From Tubulanus polymorphus (taxonomy: Eukaryota; Animalia; Nemertea), in assembly GCF_964204645.1 (NCBI RefSeq), contig NC_134030.1:13384556-13448555 (forward strand): a DNA stretch of 64,000 nucleotides. Reading direction: 5' to 3'. Position numbers and translations under genes: made by a program. Below, piece after piece: positions 21,073-35,405 of the stretch. The notes beneath the pieces are model-generated. The model was not told the origin of the DNA. It did not search any database and saw only the letters and a program-made list of their open reading frames with translations. How positions within the stretch are numbered: position 1 is the stretch's first letter; each line of letters begins with the position of its first letter.

Positions 21073-23260
21073 GTTCGCAATGCGAGCTCCGCCAAAGCAA
21101 TAAACTGTTATTAATGAAATGATGAATGAGCAACTTAAGCTTAACGTTTCTACCTGATAGGCTGTTCCACCGTATGTTCAACTTTGTAGGATATGCTATA
21201 AACGTATAGCGTTTTAAGTTCACTGCTTGATCGGGATTAAGTTTGATGATTTTACCCATGCAAAACTTATTTTACCATATCCATCTAAATCCTACCACTA
21301 AAAATACCTTTTTGCAATAGTTTTCCTAATCTAAAAACTCAAGCTAACATTTTTTGTAACCTACCACATCTTATATTGACCCTTAAACTACACTTTCCCA
21401 TTATCAAGGATGCATTAACGATACGGGCTTTACACATACGAAACATTTATGACTGTCTGTAAAATTTGTCCAGACATCTCCAAAGTTTACAAGAAAAGGC
21501 AACGCGACTAATACGACCGAGCCCAATATGCGCTAAATATCTAAGATCTTTTGCGTTATAGGTACAATTTCGAACGCTTAAAAATCGACACTTTAATAGC
21601 CACTCAAAACCTCAAACCACTGAATGGTAGATATACCGTATATGCATGTATTAGAAATACTTGTATCTGGTACGCATAGTATAGATTTAATGTTATCAAA
21701 ACATGTGCTTCATTCATTCCTTATCGATCCTTTCGTTGACTGATAAGTTCATTGGGCGGTTTCATTTTCGACTGGACCAATTATTAGCAACCAAAAGGTC
21801 AATTCAGCTACGTTCTGAATTATGGAATGGACGTAATCTGTTAAGACAGAAACCGGTTCCAAGGTCCGCTCTTTATCTTAACTGGGAATCTGCGATGTGA
21901 ACTTAATTGAAATAAGCTCGGCATTTGATCGTCTTCACGCTTATTAAATGTAGTATTCATGTATAAAGAACTAAAATATCACGTTATAGGAACATATTTT
22001 GTTCAGTTATTATGCTGGCAAGAATATTCAACTTAAGAACACGGTTGGCTTGCTTTGTTTGATGATGACCGACAACTTGTAAACTAGAACATTGATGAAA
22101 ATTACCATGCTCCAGAATTGAATTTTGGCATGACTTTTCGGAGATTTACCTTGCCGGTTTTTCATTCCATCGATAAGTATAACTAAAATACGTTTTATTT
22201 ATCTCGAGGGTCTTCCACCTTTGGGCTGGGTGCAGGTTAAGGCAATTGACTCACATCATACTTCACTATAATAAATGAATTATAAGTAAAATTGAAATTA
22301 TTTGTAGTTTGCAGGAGGGTAATTACGTACAACTTTGCCATAACCCAACTATATTTATTTTGATAAATGTCTTTAGACCATACCCCACCTAATCTAAACC
22401 CAAACCTAAAGCCCACCTTACTATGCAACTGGGGCCCGAATCCAGGTAAAATGACAGAGGTTGAAATGCCAAAAGAAAAATCACACCATAGGTAAAAATG
22501 CCAGGGGTAAAAATGCCAGAGGGAAATATGATGAAAATTGAGTGAAGAATTTATTAATATTGGACCTGAAAATTCTTATTTCCACTAGATTTTACGTAAT
22601 GAATGCACAGTTTAGAACACATTCCGGCCTAAGATGAAAAAAAAAATTAATGACAAATTTGTAATCACAAATCTATAAAATAAAGTCTAACATAAGCAAA
22701 GGATTCATTAAAAATTATTGCTATTTTTATTTTGAGATTATTGGAAATTAGAAAATTAACACATGTTCTTATATAATTGTAATCAAAAAAGGAACGTAGT
22801 CATGATATATAACACGTTTCTAAATTAATGAATATTAACAAATGTACAAACGAATGGGCAGAGTTTACGTATTGAATGCACAGTTTGCCATGCAAACATA
22901 GGCTAGATTTTTTCAGGGTCATACATTGCTGTATATTGCTGATTATAACTTGAGAATTCTTTTTTAGCAAATTGTGATAATCATTGGAACCAAAAAGTAT
23001 CACAGGCACTGAATAACGCAGGAGAGTAATGATAACGAAAAATGAATATAATATTCGTGTGACCTATGGCGTGAAATTACTCACTTCAAGGTTAACAATC
23101 GGTTATCGCGGTTAAAAATCACTAAACGATGTCGGGATGAAATTGAGTCGGGTCGCCTTTGATGTTTGCGAGTAAATTATTTAATTATCGTCAATTACAC
23201 GCAATCTTATGTCTAATGGTACCACGACGCTATTGCTTTTGACGGTCGACCCATAAATAT

Positions 23261-23821
<561 letters not shown>

Positions 23822-24542
23822 GGCTGGCAAACCACTGATAACTGTAGTACCCTCATCATACCAGACACAATATGCTTAATAGCTTCGAAAATAAGCTGTA
23901 ATCGCTACTTTTGACGTTGTTATGCACACTAATTGCACGGTAGTTGACGCGCCTTTGAAGGTGCCGATCGACGCTCAGTGTTCATATTTTCGAAACTAGG
24001 TGTAGGGTTAAAAGCTGGTCCGTTAAATTAGTTAGTTCCGGGTTTACAATAAAAGCTGGTGCATAAACCAGCCCTAGTCGACTGAGTCAAGTTAAAACAA
24101 TTATTCTGCGCACGGTCCTGGTCTTAAACCTGGCCCATCTATTCTTCTCTCCGGCCGGCCTTTATGGCGGTGTGGACGACTTTTATACAGCTACTTACTA
24201 TCGCCCGGGGCACAATCAAACTTTAACGTCTCAAAGGCTTTAATGCGCATTCGGAAGGGACAATGTTTTGATTTACAACAAAGGCCGGAGAGTACATAAT
24301 CTCGCGAAGAATAATCGTGTTAAAATGATCCAAGGCCCATTGAGCTTTCAAAGGCGCCCGACTGCACGTAAAATAACCATCGATCAATGTCGACAAAACA
24401 ATGCCGAGCGAAAACACCTTCTGATGATAAAAACGACAACTCGACAACTCTGGTTCTAAGCTTGCAAAAGTGCAATAGTGCAAAAATATAGCGCATTTCG
24501 TAGCGTATTATTCATTATAAATCCTCACAACATGATTGTTAT

Positions 24543-24639
24543 AGAAAGAAAACACCAGGCAAAAGCAATGTTTAAACAAAGCTATATGGAGAAAGAAAAC
24601 ACCAGGCAAAAGCAATGTTTAAACAAAGCTATATGGAGA
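24543..24639. repeat. Perfect 47-bp tandem duplication
   Basis: AGAAAGAAAACACCAGGCAAAAGCAATGTTTAAACAAAGCTATATGG x2. Confidence 0.95.
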
Positions 24640-25262
24640 TGAATGATATTAACAGCGTCTCATGATTAAATTTTGCAAACGTATTTATAAAGTTCCAAGC
24701 TCGATTGATATTTACCCATATGTCAATTTTAGATTAATATTAATATTTAACAATAGATCTGTTCACAGTTTGATCGAAACTAGTGACTTCGGCAGGCGAG
24801 TGGTTTCACAACTACTTTGAACCATTCTTGTGAGCTAGCTCTGCTACTTAGAATAGGAAGAAAAAATAATTCGCGTCAACAAAATTTGAATAGCTGGATC
24901 TATTCATTGTCATGTTAATGGTTTGGATTGTTAATTGTAACCCCGCCTGGGTTATCAAAGAATTCCCGAGCAATCGATCATATTACGAGCCGGTCTCTTC
25001 GACGTGCCAATAATGGAGAATTACGTTATTCAGAGCACTTAAGAATTTCATTCGCTATCAAAGACGGCTGCTAAATTCGGGTTTCGTCTGCGGGCGAGTT
25101 AATCGCCATTTTCCACTGGCGGAATGTTGTATTGAATTTTAATTGGCTTGCTTGCATTTAATCAAGCGTAAGCCTTTAAAGTAAGATGAATTTCTGTTTC
25201 GGGTCCGCATGTTTTTCTTGTAATGTACGTAATCCTTATTGTATTTTTCTAAGTTTTCTTTG

Positions 25263-25702
25263 TGTAACGATTAAGAGAAATTAGTGAAATTACGCGCACT
25301 CACCGGGGATCGAACCCGGGTCTTGTGCGTAGAAAGCAAGCGTGCTAGCCAGTACACAGAACTAGTACACTTGGTCAGCGGGTATACAGCTTCTCCTAAT
25401 ATGCGTAACACTGCCCTCCCCTCTAATTTCGGCTGCCCTCAGGCGATTTTAAAAATATATTTTATTACTATTATTGATAGATGATTATTATGAATATTTC
25501 ATAGAATATTTCAACAGAATTCTGTTGCCCGATTCGGGGTCTCCACCGATATAACGATTAAGAGAAGTGACAGTGAAATTACGCGCACTCACCGGGGATC
25601 GAACCCGGGTCTTGATTTCAGAAAGCAAGCGTGCTAGCCAGTAGACCAATAGAACTAGTCCACTTGGTCAGTGGTTATACAGCTTTTCGTATATGCGTAA
25701 CA
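25263..25702 (-). mobile_element. TRIM (miniature LTR element) with tRNA-derived LTRs, Helenus-like
   Basis: LTRs at 25550-25702 and 25263-25410 (TGTTACG...CGTTACA), 4-bp TSD TTTG, PBS-like (C)GGTGGAGA at 25548-25540 and PPT AGAGGGGAGGGCAG at 25424-25411. Each LTR carries B box GGTTCGATCCC; the A box TGGTCTACTGG is clear in the 25550-25702 copy and degenerate in the other. Confidence 0.85.
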
Positions 25703-26384
25703 TTTGTGCCTTGACATTTAAAGGGCACCAGCATTACCCAGCCATTACTTTTTTGCGGTTCTGCATAGTATGTTAGGACGTCGTATTAACATGTATGATT
25801 TCCAAGCAAATACAGATTACTTGCAGAAAACCTGTGGTAACTATTGTCATTTTCAGGCCAGGTCAAACTTTTCGATTCATTGCCCCGTGAACATAATAAG
25901 AGCATTGTATAATGTACGTATGAATATATTTTGATACATGTTCTCTCTACTGCCATGCGGTATCCCGTGCCCAGAATTCATTTGTAAATCTTTTATATTT
26001 CTCATTTTAAACACAACTGCGATACAACCCAGAACTATGGTGGCTGATAAGGGCCAAATACAATAATTTTCACACGACCTCGATTATATTAAAACACAAA
26101 ACGAAACTTATAGAGCAAAAACGAACTCTTCGTTTTTGCTAGGGCGCAAAAACGAAAAATCATAGAGCAAAAATGAATATTTTACATTACTCACTCTCTC
26201 TACTCTAAACTAGTGAAGAATCGTTACTACAGAGTTGTAAGCCTTGCCTCCGGCTGTAACGACTCGGGCAATGGTAATGCGAGTTGTGAATTGGCAATCT
26301 CAGCGTGAAGCACACGAACTGTAAGTTTCAAGTAAGAACCAGTACATCGTACTATACGATTCTCACTTCCCTTCTTTTATGTAA

Positions 26385-29075
26385 TATTTGAATAGAATTA
26401 TACATCAATTACAGGAAAGGAGGTGATACATGAAATTATATTTAAAGGAAGAAACAGACAAGCTATCACGAATTTGATGTGGGATGCTATTCCAGATCTT
26501 GGGACCAGACATATTTTTATGGAGAATAACCTGTGGGTTGTGCGAAAATACGGTTTATTGAGATCCTGTACATTGCGTAGAATTCTTAACTGTCACTCAT
26601 TTTAAAAGACAATGAATACATGAAGTTATGGGCACTAGATGATGGACTAGTTTATATATAAAGACCGCTGTAAGAAACTTATCAATATCAGCAAGATTAA
26701 GAAATCTGCCAAGTTTAAACGGAGGGGCCGTACATATATGCAAGAAATGGGGCATTGGATACAACGCGAATTGCTTTCTTTGAAGGAAGCAATTTGACTT
26801 TCTTTGACTTGTTTATACGTCCATAATCAAACCGATCGCTCGTGAAACTTTACTAGAAATATAGTCTATATGAGGAGACCATTGTAACACACCTAAGAAT
26901 TTCGAGGTATCAGTTTACCAAAGATTATATAGCTTGTTCTATTTATATTTAGGGAGAGTTTGTTTAATCTAAACGAGGAAGAGAGCCGCTTTAGCTCATT
27001 GTTACTTTTAATAACGAGAGCTATTGGGTCTTTATTGCTGTAAAATATAGTAGTGTCATCTGCGAACAGGATGAAGTTGAGAGGCTTTAGTAATATCGTT
27101 GATGTAGAGTTAGAATAGAAGAGGTCCGAGAATTGATCCTTGAGGTACTCCACAAATTATAGATTGTTTCGAAGAAAATGCACCGTTGTAAGAAACATTC
27201 AGTGTTCTTTCTTTTAGATAGCTAGTGAACCAAGAACACCTTTCTGTAATTTGCTGACGAGTATGCCATGGTTGATTGTGTCGAATACTTTTGAAAGGTC
27301 GATGAATATTCCCACAGTAACGTAACCCTCTTCAGTTAATTTGGAAATTTGATCAGTGAAACCAAGAAGGGCAAGCTCAGCGGAGTAACCCTTCCTAAAA
27401 CCGTATTGCTTTGGTGATAATACATTGTGTTTTTTGATAAATGAAATGTACTTCGCTCCAGTATCTTTGAGAAACAAGATAACATTGAAATCGGTCGATA
27501 ATTCGATATAATCTCCCTAGAACCGTTCTTAAATAGAGGAATTACTTTAGCAATTTTAAACTGAGTGGAAGCAATACCTGTTACATAAGAACGATTAAAA
27601 ACGTGTAAGAGAGGAGACAATATTTCATATATTGTGTTTGTATGTATGATATTATTATTATGTATTGATAATCTTTGGTTTAATATCATCAGGGCACGTC
27701 CCATTATCGCCGTCCATACTACTTACAATGCTTAAGATTTCAGATTGTATGATAGGTGAAAGGTAAATATTGTCCTCAATCCTAGCGTCAAGGTACACAG
27801 AAGCTGGTGATGATGGTGTCTTAGCTGCAAGGTCAGGCCCAATATTAACGAAGAAGGTATTTAATGCGTCAGCAACTTGATCAGTTGTCAGAAGAAGTCC
27901 ATCGCGAGACTTAAATTGAGGGATAGACTGATCTTGGATAGAAGTTCCCACTACTTTATTGAGAGTTTCCCAGGTTTTCCGTAGATCATGTATAACTTTC
28001 AAAAGTGATTCAGAATAATACTTTTTTCAGCAGTTTTAAAAGTCTCTCTGTTTGGTGCTGTACTGGAAACGATTCATCATATATGAATTTGTTTCTATCA
28101 AAAAATAAATTTTATGCTTGATTAGGGTCAGGTTCAGTAACGACAGGATTCCAATCTGTCATTAGTTGTCTGGTTTTCAAGTCGCGGGTCTTAGCCTCGG
28201 TTATAGGTCGAGAGGAAATGACGCTTCTATGAGAACTGTGTTTATGTATGAAATAGTGGATGACAAAAGTAGAGAAGTGATCGGAAATATCGGTGGTCAC
28301 AATACCTGAACGTGTTGAGTAATGATGAATAACATTAGAATATATGTGGTCAATGCAATAGGCGGTATATTCAGTGACGCGGGTCGGTTGGGAGATCAGA
28401 GGATTAAGCGAGAAGGTCAAAATATTATTGAGTAAAGCCTCGGTAGCTGCATTATTACTAAGTTTAGTGAGATCAATGATAAAGTCACCTAGTATGTAAA
28501 CGTTGTTATGGGTAATTCGGATAGTGAACCATTTATTTCATCAATAAAGTGATCAATGGGATGACCTAAATTTTTGTACATGACGCCGATTGTTACTTTT
28601 TCTCTTAGGAGACAAATTAACTTTGCACAATAGAAGTTAAAAGCATGTTGATCGAATTTATAGGTCGTCACGGATTTTGTATTCGGAACAATTATCAAAA
28701 TAAAGTGCCACACCCCCAGAATGATTGAAGTAACTATTGAAAAATATACTATTGTAACCATCCAAGGCATCAAAGAGTATGATTAGCATTTCCATCAGAT
28801 GCACACGTTTCGGTAACGCAAACAATGCTAGGTAAATTAACAAATGCATGGAAGGTGTCTCCTAAAGACTTACAATTCTTATCAAAGCTTCTGATGTAGG
28901 CATGGTAGATCCACGTCCCGTGCTTTCGCGAAGGAAAGTTGATAAGCTGGTTAAGCTGATCGATTGAGTAGTATGAATCATCAACGTTATCCCCATCGCT
29001 GGCTTGATCGAAATTGAAGTCATTTAACATCCCAAATCATGCGTTCAGAATTAGGAGGAACAAGTATTGCCTGCC
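26385..29075 (-). mobile_element. Decayed CR1-group (L2/Crack/Daphne-like) LINE ORF2: APE endonuclease + reverse transcriptase
   Basis: APE motifs VTET, GGVALY, GDF.IDL, PTRVT...IDHIYSN and SDHF. RT motifs KIAKVIPLFK, NYRPIS, QYGFR, FIDLSK.FDTINH, GVPQGSILGPLLF and FADDT. C-terminal GPKIWNSIP. Many frameshifts; ends approximate. Confidence 0.92.
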
Positions 29076-32000
29076 ATAAAAATGATAAATCGATAATAGT
29101 TTACCACAATTGACAATATATTGTAGAAGATGTCATGTCTATATCTGATGCTTTTAACAGAGAAAACGAAACATGAATATAGCTGTAACAACTACCATTT
29201 ACAGTGCACTCGGGAACTAGCTTGTCAAAATAAATCCAAAGTCATCAATTCCAATTCCATCTTGATGAAATATCTTTTATTCAAATGCTTGGTCGGCTAC
29301 CGACCGCAACAACTGCTCAGTACAAACTTCCCACTAAAAGTGTGTGTCGTGTCTCCAATTCTATCTCAACTCGACTCTAAGGTATATATAATATGAAAAC
29401 AAAAACAAAAACAGACAGAGGGGTACGTGGTATTTCACAATACATGTGGAACAAGGCATTTGACATTGAAATATTGACTAATCTACTGGCACATTTGCCA
29501 TCTCAATATCGCTTTAGAGATGGTCGCGATCGTTTCCAAAAAATTAATGAGCATCCAATAAATCACGACACTATTCCTTTTATTCCAAAAAGTTATGTCT
29601 TTTTAATCAATCGCAAACAGAACACAAATTTTGAATTTTCTCATCGAGAATAGAAATATCGCCTGCGGTTTCCTCGGTAGAATACACATTATTTACTAAG
29701 ATGCACTGGTCAGGGACATGATTTTGGATTTTTTCGAAATTGAGATCCAGCTCACTCGCGCTAAAAATTGAGTTACTCACGAATTCAAGTAGCTTTGATG
29801 TGTCTAACTGCTCCGGTTGTAAAATATCCACTGACAAATGCTCATTATCCCAGTCTAAGATGAAAACAACGTCGAAAACATCAAGTTCTCCCCGTATCTG
29901 AAAATGTCGATGCGCAAAAGCTCTCAAATCGACGGGAAAAGCACATTTCGACCCGAAAACATCGTTCAGCGCGAGAAAAGACGTTTTCTCATCAGATCTT
30001 CCCCGTATCGAGAAAATGAAAATGTCGATGCGCAAAAGCGCTCAAATCGACGGGAAAAGCACATTTCGACCCGAAAACGTCGTTCAGCGCGAGAAAAGAC
30101 GTTTTCTCATCAAGTTTTCCCCGTATCGAAAAAAATGAAAATGTCGATGGGCAAAAGCGCTCAAATCGACGGGAAAAGCACATTTCGACCCGAAAACGTC
30201 GTTCAGTGCGAGAAAAGATGTTTTCTCATCAAATTTTCTCCGAATCAAAAAAATGAAATTGTCGATGCGCAAAAGCGCTCAAATAGACGGAAAAAGCACA
30301 TTTCGACCAGAAAACGTCGTTCAGCGCGAGAAAAGACGTTTTCTCATCAAGTTTTCTCCGAATCGAAAAAATGAAAATGTCAATGCGCAAAAGCGCTCAA
30401 ATCGACGGGAAAAGCACATTTCGACACATTTCAACCCGAAAACGTCGTTCAGCGCGAGAAAAGACGTTTTCTCATCAAGTTTTCCCCGTATCGAAAAAAT
30501 GAAATTGTCTATGCGCAAAAGTGCTCAAATCAACGGAAAAAGCACATTTCGACCCGAAAACGTCGTTCAGCGCGAGAAAAGACGTTTTCTCATCAAGTTT
30601 TCCCCGTATCGAAAAAATGAAATTGTCTATGCGCAAAAGTGCTCAAATCAACGGAAAAAGCACATTTCGACCCGAAAACGTCGTTCAGCGCGAGAAAAGA
30701 CGTTTTCTCATCAAGTTTTCCCCGTATCGAAAAAATGAAAATGTCGATGCGCAAAAGCGCTCAAATCGACGGGAAAAGCACATTTCGACACATTTCGACC
30801 CGAAAACGTCGTTCAGCGCGAGAAAAGATGTTTTCTCATCAAGTTTTCTCCGTATCAAAAAAATGAAATTGTCGATGCGCAAACGCGCTCAAATCGACGG
30901 AAAAAGCACATTTCGACCCGAAAACGTCGTTCAGCGCGAGAAAAGACGTTTTCTCATCAAGTTTTCTCCGAATCGAAAAAATGAAAATGTCAATGCGCAA
31001 AACCGCACAAATCGGCGGCAAAAGCACATTTCGACACATTTGAACCGAAAACGTCGTTCAGCGCGAGAAAAGACGTTTTCTCATCAAGTTTTCCCCGTAT
31101 CAAAAAAAATGAAATTGTCGGTGCGCAAAAGCGCTCAAATCGACGGAAAAAACACATTTCGACCCGAAAACGTCGTTCAGCGCGAGAAAAGACGTTTTCT
31201 CATCAAGTTTTCTCCGAATCGAAAAAATGAAAATGTCAATGCGCAAAACCGCACAAATCGGCGGGAAAAGCACATTTCGACACATTTGAACCGAAAACGT
31301 CGTTCAGCGCGAGAAAAAACGTTTTCTCATCAAGTTATCCCCGTATCGAAAAAAATGAAAATGTCGGTGCGCAAAAGTGCTGAAATCGAAGGGAAAAGCA
31401 CATTTCGACCCGAAAACATCGTTCAGCGCGAGAAAAGACGTTTTCTCATCAAGTTTTCTCCGTATCGAAAAATGAAATTGTCGATGCGCAAAAGCGCTCA
31501 AATCGACGGGAAAAGCACATTTCGACCCGAAAACGTTTTTCAGCGCGAGAAAAGACGTTTTCTCATCAGATCTTCTCTGTATCGAAAAACGAAAATGTCG
31601 ATGCGCAAAAGCGCTCAAATCGACGGGAAAAGCACATTTCGAAACGAAAACGTATTTCAGCGCGTGACAAGACGTTTTCTCATCAGATCTTCCCCGTATC
31701 GAAAAAATGAAATGTCGATGCGCAAAACCGCTCAAATCGGCGGGAAAAGCACATTTCGACACATTTGACCCGAAAAAGTCGTTCAGCGCGAGAAAAGAGG
31801 TTTTCTCATCAAGTTTTCCCCGTATCGAAAAAAGGAAAATGTCGATGCGCAAAAGCGCTCAAATCGACGGGAAAAGCACATTTCGACCCGAAAACGTCGT
31901 TCAGCGCGAGAAAAGACGTTTTCTCATCAGATCTTCCCCGTATCGAAAAATTAAAATGTCGATGCGCAAAACCGCTCAAATCGGCGGGAAAAGGAAATTT

Positions 32001-35000
32001 CGACACATTTGACCCGAAAACGTCGTTCAGCGCGAGAAAAGACGTTTTCTCATCAAGTTCTCCCTGTATCGAAAAAATGGAACTGTCGATGCGCAAAAGC
32101 GCTCAAATCGACGGGAAAAGCACATTTCGACCCGAAAACGTCGTTCAGCGCGAGAAAAGACGTTTTCTCACCAAGTTTTCCCCGTATCGAAAAAAATGAA
32201 AATGTCGATGCGCAAAAGCGCTCAAATCGACGGGAAAAGCACATTTCGACCCGAAAAACGTCGTTCAGCGCGAGAAAAGACGTTTTCTCACCAAGTTTTC
32301 TCCGTATCGAAAAAATGAAATTGTCGATGCGCAAAAGCGCTCAAATCGACGGAAAAAGCACATTTCGACCAGAAAACGTCGTTCAGCGCGAGAAAAGACG
32401 TTTTCTCATTAAGTTTTCCCCGTATCGAAAAAATGAAAATGTCGATGCGCAAAAGCGCTCAAATCGACGAGAAAAGCACATTTCGACCCAGAAACGTCGT
32501 TCAGCGCGAGAAAAGACGTTTTCTCATCGAGTTTTCCCCGTATCGAAAAAATGAAAATGTCGGTGCGCAAAAGGGCTCAAATCGACGGGAAAAGCACATT
32601 TCGACACATTTCGAACCGAAAACGTCGTTCAGCGCGAGAAAAGACGTTTTCTCATCAAGTTTTCCCCGTATCAAAAACATTAAATTGTCGATGCGCAGAA
32701 GCGCTCAAATCGACGGGAAAAGCACATTTCTACCCGAAAAGTGCGTTCAGCGCGAGAAAAGACGTTTTCTCATCAAGTTTTCCCCGTATCGAAAAAAATG
32801 AAAATGTCAATGCGCAAAAGCGCTCAAATCGACGGGAAAAGCACATTTCGACATATTTCGACCCGAAAACGTCGTTCAGTGCGAGAAAAGATGTTTTCTC
32901 ATCAAGTTTTTTCCGTATCGAAAAAATGAAATTGTCGTTCCGCAAAAGCGCTCAAATCGACGGAAAAAGCACATTTCGACCAGAAAACGTCGTTCAGCGC
33001 GAGAAAAGACGTTTTCTCGTCAAGTTTTCCCCGTATCAAAAAAAATGAAATTGTCGATGCGCAAAAGCTCTCAAATCGACGGAAAAAGCACATTTCGACC
33101 CGAAAACGTCGTTCAGCGCGAGAAAAGACGTTTTCTCATCAAGTTTTCCCCGTATCAATAAAAATGAAATTGTCGATGCGCAAAAGCTCTCAAATCGACG
33201 GAAAAAGCACATTTCGACCCGAAAACGTCGTTCAGCGCGAGAAAATACGTTTTCTCATCAAGTTTTCCCCGTATCAAAAAAAATGAAATTGTCGATGCGC
33301 AAAAGCGCTCAAATCGACGGAAAAAGCACATTTCGACCCGAAAACGTCTTTCAGCGCGAGAAAAGACGTTTTCTCATCAAGTTTTCCCCGTTTCGAAAAA
33401 TGAAAATGTCGATGCGCAAAAGCGCTCAAATCGACGGGAAAAGCACATTTCGACACATTTCGACCCGAAAACGTCTTTCAGTGCGAGAAAAGACGTTTTC
33501 TCATCAGATCTTCCCGTATCGAAAAAATGAAAATGTCGATGCGCAAAAGCGCTCAAATCGACGGGAAAAGCACATTTCGAAACGAAAACGTCTTTCAGCG
33601 CGTGAAAAGACGTTTCCTCATCAGATCTTCCACGCATCGAAAACAATGAAAAATGAAATTGTCGATGCGCAAAAGCGCTCAAATCGACGGGAAAAGCAAA
33701 TTTCGACACATTTCGACCCGAAAACGTCTTTCAGCGCGAGAAAAGACGTTTTCTCATCAGATCTACCCCGTATCGAAAAAATGAAAATGTCGATGCGCAA
33801 AAGCGCTCAAATCGACGGGAAAAGCACATTTCGACCCGAAAACGTCGTTCAGCGCGACAAAAGATGTTTTCTCATCAGATCTTCCCCGTATCGAATAAAT
33901 GAACATGTCGATATGCAAAAGCGCTCAAATCGATTGTAAAAGCACATTTCGACACATTTCGACCCGAAAACGTCGTTCAGCGCGAGAAAAGACGTTTTCT
34001 CATCAAGTTTTCCCCATATCGAAAAAATGAAAATATCGATGCGCAAAAGTGCTCAAATCGACGGAAAAAGCACATTTCGACCCGAAAACGTCGTTCAGTG
34101 CGAGAAAAGACGTTTTCTCATCAAGTTTTCTCCGTATCGAAAAAATGAAATTGTCTTTGCGCAAAAGTGCTCAAATCGACGGAAAAAGCACATTTCGACA
34201 CGAAAACGTCGTTCAGCGCGAGAAAAGACGTTTTCTCATCAAGTTTTCCCCGTATCGAAAAAAGGAAAATGTCGGTGCGCAAAAGGGCTCAAATCGACGG
34301 GAAAAGTACATTTCGACACATTTCGAACTGAAAACGTCGTTCAGCGCGAGAAAAGACGTTTTCTCATCAAGTTTTCCCCGTATCAAAAAAATGAAATTGT
34401 CGATGCGCGAAAGCGCTCAAATCGACGGGAAAAGCACATTTCTACCCGAAAATTGCGTTCAGCGCGAGAAAAGACGTTTTCTCATCAAGTTTTCCCCGCA
34501 TCGAAAAAAATGAAAATGTCGATGCGCAAAAGCGCTCAAATCGACGGGAAAAGCACATTTCGACACATTTCGACCCGAAAACGTCGTTCAGTGCGAGAAA
34601 AGATGTTTTCTCGTCAAGTTTTCTCGGTATCGAAAAAATGAAATTGTCGATGCGCAAAAGCGCTCAAATCGACGGAAAAAGCACATTTCGACCAGAAAAC
34701 GTCGTTCAGCGCGAGAAAAGACGTTTTCTCATCAAGTTTTCCCCGTATCGAAAAAATGAAAATGTCGATGCGCAAAAGCGCTCAAATCGACGGGAAAAGT
34801 ACATTTCGACATATTTCGACCCGAAAACGTCGTTCAGCGCGAGAAAAGATTTTTTCTCATCAAGTTTTCTCCGTATCGAAAAAATGAAAATGTCGATGCG
34901 CAAAAGCGCTCAAATCGACGGAAAAAGCACATTTCGACACATTTCGACCCGAAAACGTCGTTCAGCGCGAGAAAAGATGTTTTTGTCATCAAGTTTTCTC

Positions 35001-35405
35001 CGTATCGAAAAAATGAAATTGTCGATGCGCAAAAGCGCTCAAATCGACGGAAAAAGCACATTTCGACCAGAAAACGTCGTTCAACGCGAGAAAAGACGTT
35101 TTGTCATCAAGTTTTCCCCGTATCGAAAAAAATGAAAATGTCAATGCGCAAAAGCGCTCAAATCGACGGGAAAAGCACATTTCGACATATTTCGACCCGA
35201 AAACGTCGTTCAGTGCGAGAAAAGATGTTTTCTCATCAAGTTTTTTCCGTATCGAAAAAATGAAATTGTCGTTCCGCAAAAGCGCTCAAATCGACGGAAA
35301 AAGCACATTTCGACCAGAAAACGTCGTTCAGCGCGAGAAAATACGTTTTCTCATCAAGTTTTCCCCGTATCAAATAAAAATGAAATTGTCGATGCGCAAA
35401 AGCTC

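Noticed and set aside
22385-22410. Telomere-like CCTAATCTAAACCCAAACCTAAA
   Set aside because: Only 3-4 degenerate units, consistent with an internal motif of a decayed DNA transposon rather than interstitial telomere.
25290-25670. Two functional tRNA genes or independent SINEs
   Set aside because: The acceptor stem does not pair and the anticodon arms are degenerate. Both segments lie inside LTRs with PBS, PPT and one shared TSD, so a single TRIM explains them better.
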